A stretch of DNA of 60,305 bases, filler included, from Candidatus Zapsychrus exili (lineage in GTDB: Bacteria; Omnitrophota; Gorgyraeia; Zapsychrales; Zapsychraceae), in assembly GCA_030765585.1 (NCBI GenBank). It is 4 parts of 4 records of this genome, joined end to end, with 100 filler letters (N's around TTAATTAATTAA, not from the genome) between each part and the next. Parts side by side here need not be neighbours in the genome. Positions count along the whole stretch, not along the records: positions 48,218 to 60,305 come from JAVCCJ010000029.1; 3 more parts are not named here. One strand, 5' to 3'. The position numbers and the translations under genes are program-made. The notes beneath the pieces are model-generated. The model was not told where the DNA came from and did not search any database. It saw only the letters and a list, made by a program, of their open reading frames with translations. Below, piece by piece: positions 52,311-60,305 of this stretch (the first letter of the stretch is position 1; each line of letters opens with the position of its first letter).

Positions 52311-52398
52311 TCTATTGCCCCTTTATAGATTAATAAAGTAATTATAGCACTTACGTAACATGTTTTCAATAAAGAAGTTTTGTTACATATTATAATAA

Positions 52399-52490
52399 TG
52401 GCGGAGTTGGTTGAATTCGACCCCCAGCTTTCATGACATCTTTATTTATATTGTGATAGGGCGAAACGTTAACGCGTTATGATTGTGATA
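52399..52490 (-). repeat. Degenerate copy of the att-end region 48551-48646
   Basis: TGGCGGAG..TTCGA.CCC..CAT(G/A)ACATCTTT.TTTATATT..AGGG..AACG.GTTA.GATTGTGA shared in order. Confidence 0.8.
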
Positions 52491-52510
52491 TACAATAAGA
52501 AATCGATAAG

Positions 52511-53032
52511 CTAAGGCATGGGCAAGTCTAAGAAATCTAATGGAAGCTCATTAAAGAAATAGTAGCAGCCAACCGATTTCACATAATCTAATACATCCTT
52601 ATACTCTTTCTTTTTAAACCAGTCATTAAGAACATAAACATATTTGACAGATATATTTAAAGAAGATAGTAATTTTTTGTATTGCTTATTCTTAAAATCG
52701 CAAGTCTGTAGCTTCTCATCAACAGAACCGGCCACTTCTTGAAATTTAATTTCTATAATAAAGAGTGTCTTATCTTTTATTATTAAAATCGCTTCATCAG
52801 GGAGTAGTTTTTTTGAAATGATAGCTTTAAAATCAATGTCATTTGGCTCTAATAAGTTTTTATATAATTTGTGCTTTTGATATAATTCCGCGACTTTCTT
52901 ATCTTTATAATAAATAGTATCATCTGAAACTTCATAATGGGAAAGAGAAGAAATCGCTTTCTCAAGCGATATTCTAGACTCAAACCTTAACCCCGTTATT
53001 GTTTTGCCTCCACCCTTGCCTCCTTTTATCAT
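52511..53032 (-). CDS. PD-(D/E)xK restriction endonuclease-like protein
   Basis: LLPDEA..IIEIKFQEVAGSVDEKL; ATGA overlap with the MTase. Confidence 0.8.
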   Translation of the reverse strand: MIKGGKGGGKTITGLRFESRISLEKAISSLSHYEVSDDTIYYKDKKVAELYQKHKLYKNLLEPNDIDFKAIISKKLLPDEAILIIKDKTLFIIEIKFQEVAGSVDEKLQTCDFKNKQYKKLLSSLNISVKYVYVLNDWFKKKEYKDVLDYVKSVGCYYFFNELPLDFLDLPMP

Positions 53033-53874
53033 ACAAGTACCGCCTTCGGTTTTCTATCACGTTTTTTCATCACGTTGGCATTAAGTAAGTTAAATCTTTT
53101 TATCGATAAATCAAGGTAAGATTTTTCATTATCTATACCAATAAAATTTCTACCATATAAATGAGCAACAAGTCCGGTTGTGGAACTGCCCGTGAAAGGA
53201 TCTAGCACAAGTTGTCCTTTGTTTGTGCTCGACAAAACAATTCTTTTGAGCAAATCTTCCGGTTTTTGAGTGGGATGCTTACCAAATGTTTTTTCAAATG
53301 GTTTAGGAGTGTTAATACTCCATACAGAACGCATTTGCTTATTGGGTTTCTTTATAATGTCTCCCGGCCATTCGCCGTTGCGCATAAGATTGTAATTAAA
53401 TACATGCTTAGCTTTTTTATTTTTTCTGGCCCAAATTATTGTTTCATGGCTTGCGGTAAAAAAGCGGCAGCTTAAATTGGGGGCAGCGTTAGGTTTAAGC
53501 CAACTTATATCATTTAATATATGATACCCTGATACTTCCAACGCGTATCCGCAGCGATAAATTGAATGATAAGTTCCGCTAATCCAAATTGTACCATTAG
53601 GCTTTAAAACACGCCTACACGCGTTTATCCAAGCTATATGAAACTTTAAATCTTCATCTAACCCTTTGCTTTCGTCCCAACTACCTTTATTAACAGAAAC
53701 TCTTTTGCCAGCATGGCAAGTAAAACCGCCATTGGATAAATTATAAGGGGGGTCCGCAAATATCATGTCCACTGATTCTTCGGGCAAATTATTCAAAGAA
53801 TCTCTGCAATCATCTAAATAAAGTTCAAAGTTATCGCTTTTAAAGTATGGCTTAACCTTATTACCTTTTATCAT
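53029..53874 (-). CDS. Beta-class N6A/N4C DNA methyltransferase (DpnIIB-like)
   Basis: FADPPY precedes HPTQKP and DPFTGSSTT. Confidence 0.93.
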   Translation of the reverse strand: MIKGNKVKPYFKSDNFELYLDDCRDSLNNLPEESVDMIFADPPYNLSNGGFTCHAGKRVSVNKGSWDESKGLDEDLKFHIAWINACRRVLKPNGTIWISGTYHSIYRCGYALEVSGYHILNDISWLKPNAAPNLSCRFFTASHETIIWARKNKKAKHVFNYNLMRNGEWPGDIIKKPNKQMRSVWSINTPKPFEKTFGKHPTQKPEDLLKRIVLSSTNKGQLVLDPFTGSSTTGLVAHLYGRNFIGIDNEKSYLDLSIKRFNLLNANVMKKRDRKPKAVLV

Positions 53875-53947
53875 GATTACAAGTTCTCCCCTCCCAGGGC
53901 ATCAAACTGCGTGGCTTTTTATATTATAAGTGGCTATAACAATAAAT

Positions 53948-55003
53948 TCAAGTATTATCTAATTCTTGTAGTTGTTTCACATCCTCTTTCATATGCACAG
54001 TTGGCAAATGAGCATATTTCATTGTATCACGAATATCAGAATGACCCAATAGCTCTTTTATTTTATATATATCCACTCCTTTCTTCAGCAGGAACGTTGC
54101 ATATGAATGTCGAAGCTCGTGCAATCTGGTGAGGCCTGTGATATTTGCTCTCTTTGCTATTCTTATCAAGACTCGCCTTGGCATTTGTTTTGAATATGGC
54201 CCAAATAGGACTGAATTGTTTTTCGGTAGATTTGTTAATACCCGCTTAAGATTATCATGCATAGGAATTATTCTTTCCTTGGCTTTACCTGTTTTTTTAT
54301 TTATTCCTTTGGGTCGAAAGTTTTCTTTATTGCGTATATATATTAGCCCTCTTTCGAAATCTATATCGCTCCATTCAAGACTAAGAAGCTCTGATTTTCT
54401 TAATCCGGTATGTATAAAAGTGTAGAACATAGGGTAAAATTCTTTAAATTCGTTTTTGCAGATACTTATAAATTTAGTGTATTCTTCTTCTGTTAATACT
54501 TTAATTGGTTTTGAATCAATTATTTCAACCGATTTTAAATTTTTAGCTGGATTTTCAGATAAACAATCCCATTCTACTGCTTTACAAAAAAAGGCCTTTA
54601 AAACAATGACATGATTTTTTAGTGTACAGGTTTTAGCTTGATTTAATCTATACTGTTTATAGTTTTCAAGCAGTTTGGGCGTAATGTCTGATAGGTTTTT
54701 GATATTAGGATAGTCCTTGAGAAAATTAGCGAATGTTTTTAGAATAGAGGTATAACTACGAAGAGTGTGGTCACGGCGATTAATTTTTATCCACTCTAAA
54801 TAATCAGAAACAAAGGCATGTACGGATTTTTTTAAGAAAACTCTGCTGCCTCCGAAAAGTAAAGCTTCGGATTCTTTTCGAATCAGGATTTCTCTGGCAA
54901 GCGATTTCGAAGCAGTACCAGAGCTTTCTCTTACCCTTCGCCCTGCTGCTGAATAAGCCAACCACCAGCAAGGGCTATCTTTTCTTTTGTAAACTACGCC
55001 CAT
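53948..55003 (-). CDS. Tyrosine recombinase/integrase
   Basis: HTGLRKSE, K, HELRHSYAT, LLGHSDIRDTMKYAH. Confidence 0.95.
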   Translation of the reverse strand: MGVVYKRKDSPCWWLAYSAAGRRVRESSGTASKSLAREILIRKESEALLFGGSRVFLKKSVHAFVSDYLEWIKINRRDHTLRSYTSILKTFANFLKDYPNIKNLSDITPKLLENYKQYRLNQAKTCTLKNHVIVLKAFFCKAVEWDCLSENPAKNLKSVEIIDSKPIKVLTEEEYTKFISICKNEFKEFYPMFYTFIHTGLRKSELLSLEWSDIDFERGLIYIRNKENFRPKGINKKTGKAKERIIPMHDNLKRVLTNLPKNNSVLFGPYSKQMPRRVLIRIAKRANITGLTRLHELRHSYATFLLKKGVDIYKIKELLGHSDIRDTMKYAHLPTVHMKEDVKQLQELDNT

Positions 55004-55012
55004 ATCTTATTG

Positions 55013-55216
55013 CTACCCTGCTATTCTTACTGGCGGTTTTGCTAATACCGGCTGTTTGAATGATTCAGCGAACTTGTTTAATTCTGATAATCGAAAAAGT
55101 ATCCTGCCTCCTACTTTGTAGCAGGGAATCATGCCTTTATATCTCCAAACATACAAGGTTGATTCTTTCACATCCAAAAACTTTGATACTTCACTTATGC
55201 TTACAAATCTTTCCAT
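55013..55216 (-). CDS. Excisionase-like HTH protein
   Basis: EVSKFLDVKESTLYVW..IPCYKVGGRILF; directly upstream of the integrase. Confidence 0.85.
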   Translation of the reverse strand: MERFVSISEVSKFLDVKESTLYVWRYKGMIPCYKVGGRILFRLSELNKFAESFKQPVLAKPPVRIAG

Positions 55217-55227
55217 TTTTTAGCCTC

Positions 55228-55365
55228 CTATTTAAACTCTATAGTAATTATCTTAATGCTTCTTTTTAAACGAAACATGCATATCATAAGCACTCTAATG
55301 ATCCATGCGTAATGCATTTTTTCAAAAGTAGATAATCTATGCCTGCTAAATTTGATCTCTATCAC
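55228..55365 (-). CDS. Possible 45-aa small protein
   Basis: TAAGGAGGTG Shine-Dalgarno then GTG; stop overlaps the excisionase RBS. Confidence 0.4.
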   Translation of the reverse strand: MIEIKFSRHRLSTFEKMHYAWIIRVLMICMFRLKRSIKIITIEFK

Positions 55366-55460
55366 GTTCTCACCTCCTTACTTAACCTATTTGTAAAGTT
55401 GAAAGGCAAAAAATATATGTTACTTAACTTATTTGTCAAGTTTCAAATTAAAAAAATATC

Positions 55461-55652
55461 CTAGAGAAGATCTTTTGCTTTGCATCCTACCACCCTTGCT
55501 ATTTGCTCAAGCTTTTTGATCGATACCATCTTCCCATTCTCAATCTGGCAGATGTAACTTTCACTAACTCCAACCTTTGTTGCAAGCTCCAACTGAGTTA
55601 AATTCATCTGCACTCTTTTCGCCTTTAACTTACTTCCGATATCAATTGTCAT
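55461..55652 (-). CDS. XRE/Cro-family HTH regulator
   Basis: LTQLELATKVGVSESYICQIENG. Confidence 0.9.
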   Translation of the reverse strand: MTIDIGSKLKAKRVQMNLTQLELATKVGVSESYICQIENGKMVSIKKLEQIARVVGCKAKDLL

Positions 55653-55682
55653 TTGAAAGAGCTCTTTTATCTTGTTAGTTTA

Positions 55683-55711
55683 ACTATATCATTACTTAAC
55701 CTATTTGTCAA
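55683..55711 (-). promoter_or_regulatory. Promoter with overlapping operator upstream of the XRE gene
   Basis: TTGACA-17 bp-TATAGT with extended -10 TG; overlaps ACTTAACCTATTTGTCAAGT. Confidence 0.8.
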
Positions 55712-55847
55712 GTATTATTTTTTCTTTTCCTCGTTCAATGATGCCTTGAAAAAATATAAACCCACGATTAATAATTATGTAAATGCGCTATTATTATGTA
55801 ATTAAAGATATCTTGTTCTTAAAATTTAGTTTGAAATATTAGTTGTA

Positions 55848-56645
55848 CTATTTTGAATTAAGTTCTGGAATTTCTATTGTTTTTTCTTTTTCCTCACCTT
55901 TTATTTCTTCCTCAAGTGTTTTAGGGAAATCAGATAAATGTTTTTCTGCAGAATGACATGCTTCAGTAGCTTCTTTTAATAAATCACGAGATAGCTCTTC
56001 AATCTTTTTTTCTTCATTTGGATATACCACAATCTGCTTTGGTTCTCCAATGCCACCAGGATTTGTTAATATAGCGTGTTCTAAAGTCCACACTACAGCA
56101 AATACACCTTCCTCAATAGACGGCAATCTATCTGGCCAAAAAATTCTTCGTATAAAAGCTAAAAAGGGGTCCGCTATATTTTGCCCACTTCCTATTGCTA
56201 CAAAAGGTAAATATTCTGTCACCTCTTCCGGTGAACATTGTTGATCAAATTGGAAAAGACAAAGATGTCCTGACACAGGTACTGCCAAAACAACATTAGA
56301 AATAGCACTTTGCAATGCAGCTCCTCCTATAGCACCCCTTGCTACTGTTGCTGCTTTTAACTCGTCTTCAGCGTGTTTCCATAATGCACGACGTAAAATA
56401 GCCATAGCTTCGTGCTTCTCCTTGCCCGACAATCCTCTGTTCTTCCACAAACTAGCAATTTCACCATTAAATCGTTGGCCAAGCCCAACAGGCCCAGAAA
56501 CACCTAAAACAATTGAGTCGGCTATAATCTGCAATTTTTTTATAGTCTGTGATACAGTTTTCTGGCTTATGTTGCCTAAGGTGGCCGCACCATCTGACCC
56601 CATCACTATTCCATCCTTGCATTTAATCCCAATAATAAGCGTCAT
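55848..56645 (-). CDS. Proteasome-beta/HslV-like Ntn (threonine) hydrolase
   Basis: M-T1LIIGIKCKDGIVMGSD17, KKL, VSG and AIGSG motifs; no propeptide. Confidence 0.8.
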   Translation of the reverse strand: MTLIIGIKCKDGIVMGSDGAATLGNISQKTVSQTIKKLQIIADSIVLGVSGPVGLGQRFNGEIASLWKNRGLSGKEKHEAMAILRRALWKHAEDELKAATVARGAIGGAALQSAISNVVLAVPVSGHLCLFQFDQQCSPEEVTEYLPFVAIGSGQNIADPFLAFIRRIFWPDRLPSIEEGVFAVVWTLEHAILTNPGGIGEPKQIVVYPNEEKKIEELSRDLLKEATEACHSAEKHLSDFPKTLEEEIKGEEKEKTIEIPELNSK

Positions 56646-57082
56646 AACTGACCTTTAAAAACGCTGTTTTTACTATAACTTGGAAATTCTTTATATATAC
56701 TCCTAATTAATTGTGGAAATGTCAAATGCACAATCCATTGAATTACTTTATGTATATATTCATATATTTCTCCGGAAATTTCTTTCTTTATTTTTTCTGT
56801 TGCTTTTAGTCCCTTAAGAGTAATCGAGTATTGCTCAAATCTTTTTCCACTAAACATATTAATATTGATAAGCCCTTCTGAAGCCAAATTTTCAGCATCT
56901 CTATATATATCAATACAAAATGGTCCATAATCATAGGCTATAAATTCATAATACTCTTTTTTTTCAAAAATCATGGGCATTTTCTGCCTTAACAAAAATA
57001 AACTTTTTTGAAGCTGAACAGGAGTAAGCCCCCTGTCTTCAGCGCAACTAGTTACAAGCAAAATCCAATCTTTTTTTTCCAT
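56642..57082 (-). CDS. SocA/Panacea (DUF4065)/YwgA-like winged-helix protein
   Basis: QLQKSLFLL..YEFIAYDYGPF..IYRD; ATGA overlap with the protease gene. Confidence 0.7.
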   Translation of the reverse strand: MEKKDWILLVTSCAEDRGLTPVQLQKSLFLLRQKMPMIFEKKEYYEFIAYDYGPFCIDIYRDAENLASEGLININMFSGKRFEQYSITLKGLKATEKIKKEISGEIYEYIHKVIQWIVHLTFPQLIRSIYKEFPSYSKNSVFKGQL

Positions 57083-57150
57083 AAACCACTACCCCCTATA
57101 AAACAATATTTATTTAATAATTAAGCACCATGCTCCTGGAATTTTAGATG

Positions 57151-57600
57151 TTATTTTATACGAAGATCATTCTTTGCTATTATTTTAAAATCATGCAAGC
57201 ATTTCTTTGTATATTTTAAATCATGTTCAATAACGCTCCAAAGAGAATTTTCGTTCCAACTTAATTCTGGTCTGTTTTGATAAGTTTCAAGTGCTTCTAC
57301 TGCTTCATTGGTTATTATAAATGAGCCGACATCTATTGCTCTAGCAAGTTCACGCAATGCCGTTTTATACTGTTGCCATAATTCATTTTCTCTTTCTGGA
57401 GATAATTCAGAGTGTTCATATTCCGCGTTAAGCTTTTGTTCACAATAGTTTTTTAAATGATGGATAGCATCAATAATCTTTGCATAGGCTTCGGCTTTTT
57501 TCTCCCACCATTTTTCTGTACGAAATTTTCTTAAGGAAAGTTGCACAGTAATAATTACCATGAGGAAAGAAATACATATTTGTTTAATTGTTTCCCACAT
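57151..57600 (-). CDS. Hypothetical helical protein with N-terminal hydrophobic helix
   Basis: EKWWEKKAEAY motif; 149 aa. Confidence 0.65.
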   Translation of the reverse strand: MWETIKQICISFLMVIITVQLSLRKFRTEKWWEKKAEAYAKIIDAIHHLKNYCEQKLNAEYEHSELSPERENELWQQYKTALRELARAIDVGSFIITNEAVEALETYQNRPELSWNENSLWSVIEHDLKYTKKCLHDFKIIAKNDLRIK

Positions 57601-57747
57601 AGTTAAAAATTTTTTCCTTATTCCTTTAAATGTTCTTGTTTAGCATTAGACTTTATAATTAATAAGTGAGAATACGGTTTTAACGCACATTAGCAAGTTA
57701 ATAAATCTCAATATCGTTTATTACGTACCTTTTTAGCGACTACAATA

Positions 57748-57778
57748 AACATAGCATAACTTAACCTATTTGTCAAGT
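57748..57778 (-). promoter_or_regulatory. Promoter with overlapping operator upstream of the 57600-55848 genes
   Basis: TTGACA-17 bp-TATGTT with extended -10 TG; same 20-bp operator. Confidence 0.7.
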
Positions 57779-57785
57779 ATATTCT

Positions 57786-58709
57786 TTACTTTTTAATTTC
57801 TTTTACAATAAAAGGCGTTTCTTTTAAAAAGAAAGTGATCTTATCTGCTGGTTTTATATTGTATTGAAGATCCTTGTTACTGACCACAAATTGTCTCTTA
57901 ATTAAATCCTCTTTATATACAGAATAATACAAATCTGTTATGTCTTTATTCTCAATGGCCTTCTTGTAATAGCCTTTTGCTTTTTCAACATTATTCGTGT
58001 ACCACCAAATAATATCCCCTATTTCAATATTTAAATTTACATACTTTTCGTTTTTTTCTATCCCTTTCTTGTAAAATTCTAGCGCTTCCTCCCAATCCTT
58101 TTTGGCAAAAGAAACGCGGCCAAGCAAATGATACGTTATACTATTGTCAGCTTCTATGTATAGTGCCTCATCCAAAACTCTCCTCGCACTCTTAAAGTTT
58201 CCCCCTTCGGCATAAAGCTGCCCTAGCAAACGATACACTTCGACAAATTCTTCAGGATATTCTATATTTATTAACTCCAGGAGCTTAATTTTTTCCTTGC
58301 GATTTTCTGCATTATAAATAAAATAAGTATATATATCACGAACTACCTGCTGCCGTTCGCCCTCCGGCAATGTGCTTGCATATAATAAAATTGCTTCGGC
58401 AAAAGCCCTTGCTGAATTGTAATTATTAGTCTTTAGGTTTTTTTCTATTTTTGATAGTGGACGTTCAAGAGAAAGCCTGTTGCTACAAAGAAGAGTTAAA
58501 GTTATTTGCCGTCGGTCCTTTATATAGTTTTCTTTTTTCAGTCTTTCGCTTTCCTGCTCAAAAAAATAAGTACAAACACAGCTTATTGTAAATGAAATTA
58601 TTAATAGCGCAAACGCCGCTTGATAACACCTACGTTTTGCATTATCCCAGCTTACAATAAGAGAAATAAGAGCTATCACGAAAGTTACTAAAATACTAAT
58701 ATATATCAT
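57786..58709 (-). CDS. Membrane-anchored TPR protein
   Basis: Two TM helices; YRLLGQLY and YHLLGRVS TPR-like helices. Confidence 0.7.
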   Translation of the reverse strand: MIYISILVTFVIALISLIVSWDNAKRRCYQAAFALLIISFTISCVCTYFFEQESERLKKENYIKDRRQITLTLLCSNRLSLERPLSKIEKNLKTNNYNSARAFAEAILLYASTLPEGERQQVVRDIYTYFIYNAENRKEKIKLLELINIEYPEEFVEVYRLLGQLYAEGGNFKSARRVLDEALYIEADNSITYHLLGRVSFAKKDWEEALEFYKKGIEKNEKYVNLNIEIGDIIWWYTNNVEKAKGYYKKAIENKDITDLYYSVYKEDLIKRQFVVSNKDLQYNIKPADKITFFLKETPFIVKEIKK

Positions 58710-58737
58710 TCGTACAACACCTGCTATTTTCTACCGA

Positions 58738-60045
58738 TTAATACCCTGCTACTTCTAAAACAACTGATACGCAGCCCTGAACCCGGCGACAAAACACGCG
58801 CATTTGATGCTCTGAAAGTGGCGCTGATAACTTATGCACTATTTCGTTTGATGGGAAAAATGTCGCCTCGGTAAGCTTTATATCTTGTTCTGCCATTTTT
58901 GAATATGATCCAAGGGCAACCTCTCGAAATATATATCGAAGCCGCGAATTGCGGGTAAATTCTCCATCTTTTATATCATCTTCTGGATTTTCTAGAAATG
59001 ATTTAAGATTCTCATCAGGTGCCAAATAACGCAGAAGATGATCAAGTAGCGTTCTGAAAGACACCCCAGCATGACGAATCCATCCGTCGTGACCTGACCT
59101 TATTGCCGTTATGCCTTCTCGATATACGTCAGCTAATTTTGGATTCACTGCTTGTAAACGCGTCTCAACCTCATCCCCTAATGTATCAAGAAAGCTATCT
59201 GTGCTTTTAACACTAAGTTGATCTAGGGCGCATTCGTCTAGCCGATGAAGAACAGCAGCAGCAGATATAGCTGCATATGGTTCAATTGTAGGCGCCTTGA
59301 AGAGCAAGCTACTCGTATCAACCAAGAAAGAATTATCCATTTCATTATACACGGAGGCTGATAGCAAATTAAGCTGTGTAGTTGCCTCATTCACGTCAGC
59401 AAAATAAACACCTGCACTTTCCATAGGTTGAGTTAAAATCTCAGCATTTATCCGTGATGTCGCCAAAGAGGTATCAACTAAATTTTTGACCGTAGATATT
59501 TCATTTTGCAGTGTATTGCCTAGCGAAATAAGGCTATCTTGGGATAATAAGTTTATAGCGCTTGGTTGATCTAGAAGTGGTAACTCAGCCAGTTTCTCCA
59601 TGCTAAAAACGTTTACTCCATTATAATCAACAACATGAAGATGTTCGATATGATTGCAAACACTACTGGCCATTGATGCTGTAGTGGCAAAAATTGAGCC
59701 CGTTGCGTTAACAGCTATGTTAGAAGAAAAAGGGAATGCGTTCTGATTGTCCAGTAAAAGCGCTGACGGCGCGCTTGCAATGTTTGCAAAATTATCAGCA
59801 CATGACACGACAGATGAAATATCGTTACTTAGTATAGAGAGATTGTCTTTCAAATCAAACATCGCGCTAGCTGGTGCACTAGCACATCTAAGATCCAAGC
59901 TCTTCTCTATCATAGACGTTACGTTGGAAATATTTTCAGTAACAACATTAACTTTGTTGGTAAGCGTGCTAATGGAGGAAGTCCATATATTGGGGACTAC
60001 AAACGCATCATTATAACTATCCACAAAAGACCTCCTTAAAATCAC
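58738..60045 (-). CDS. Protein with C-terminal pPIWI-associating-nuclease-like domain
   Basis: RHAGVSFRTLLDHLLRYLAPD..TRNSRLRYI; S/A/N-rich N-terminus; start uncertain. Confidence 0.6.
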   Translation of the reverse strand: MILRRSFVDSYNDAFVVPNIWTSSISTLTNKVNVVTENISNVTSMIEKSLDLRCASAPASAMFDLKDNLSILSNDISSVVSCADNFANIASAPSALLLDNQNAFPFSSNIAVNATGSIFATTASMASSVCNHIEHLHVVDYNGVNVFSMEKLAELPLLDQPSAINLLSQDSLISLGNTLQNEISTVKNLVDTSLATSRINAEILTQPMESAGVYFADVNEATTQLNLLSASVYNEMDNSFLVDTSSLLFKAPTIEPYAAISAAAVLHRLDECALDQLSVKSTDSFLDTLGDEVETRLQAVNPKLADVYREGITAIRSGHDGWIRHAGVSFRTLLDHLLRYLAPDENLKSFLENPEDDIKDGEFTRNSRLRYIFREVALGSYSKMAEQDIKLTEATFFPSNEIVHKLSAPLSEHQMRVFCRRVQGCVSVVLEVAGY

Positions 60046-60201
60046 ATTATTATTTATAATAACGTGTTAATTTCGTGACATAAATCTCAAAAAAGGTAAA
60101 AATATGCAAGATTTATATAAAAATACAAAAAACAGTTAACACCTTGATTTTACTACTTTTATATATAACGTCAAGTGAATTAACTGCTTATGGGTTTATA
60201 A

Positions 60202-60294
60202 TGGCGGAGAGGCTGGGATTCGAACCCAGGGTTCCGCTTATAACGGAACAACCGCTTAGCAGGCGGCTCCTTTCAACCACTCAGGCACCTCTCC
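60202..60294 (-). tRNA. tRNA-Ser(GCT)
   Basis: GGAGAGG acceptor stem, CT-GCT-AA anticodon loop, long variable arm, encoded CCA. Confidence 0.98.
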
Positions 60295-60305
60295 ATAATT
60301 TGGCA

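Larger units (their letters stand above)
48551..60228 (-). mobile_element. Integrative element/genomic island in tRNA-Ser(GCT)
   Basis: Flanking 27-bp direct repeats, tyrosine integrase, excisionase and defence cargo. Confidence 0.9.

Overview
AT-rich bacterial draft assembly. The pilin cluster, gene content and repeat types suggest Candidatus Omnitrophota/PVC, which is an inference. Four contigs are joined by artificial 100-nt N/TTAATTAATTAA linkers (9836-9935, 27335-27434, 48118-48217), so adjacency across the linkers is not biological. Contig 1 is core genome: four type IV pilin/pseudopilin genes, rsmE, recA, alaS, hisD, hisB and hisH. Contig 2 is a defence/mobile island with a PLD nuclease, a TPR protein, a broken serine recombinase, an HTH/NDT-TIR-like/HExxH trio, DUF4238-SEC-C, a diadenylate-cyclase-domain protein, an hsdR remnant, a truncated deoxyribohydrolase-like gene, HNH, a TcmP + DUF5131 pair, DUF4268 and a DUF2075-S24 fusion. 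Contig 3 runs from an IS30 end to an IS481 end. It carries deaD, tRNA-Phe, an NSS transporter, hppA, an unannotated bL37-like 27-aa ORF, lnt, secA and prfB with its programmed frameshift, plus dense structured intergenic repeats. Contig 4 holds an ~11.7-kb integrative element in tRNA-Ser(GCT), bounded by a 27-bp att repeat. It carries a tyrosine integrase/excisionase/XRE module with four operator-promoter repeats, a putative type II R-M pair, a Lamassu/ABC-three-component cassette set off by a second degenerate att copy, and a pPIWI-associated-nuclease-like gene. Its most striking content is a translationally coupled pair: a SocA/Panacea-like wHTH protein and a proteasome-beta-type Thr protease, the best candidate here for an undescribed system.
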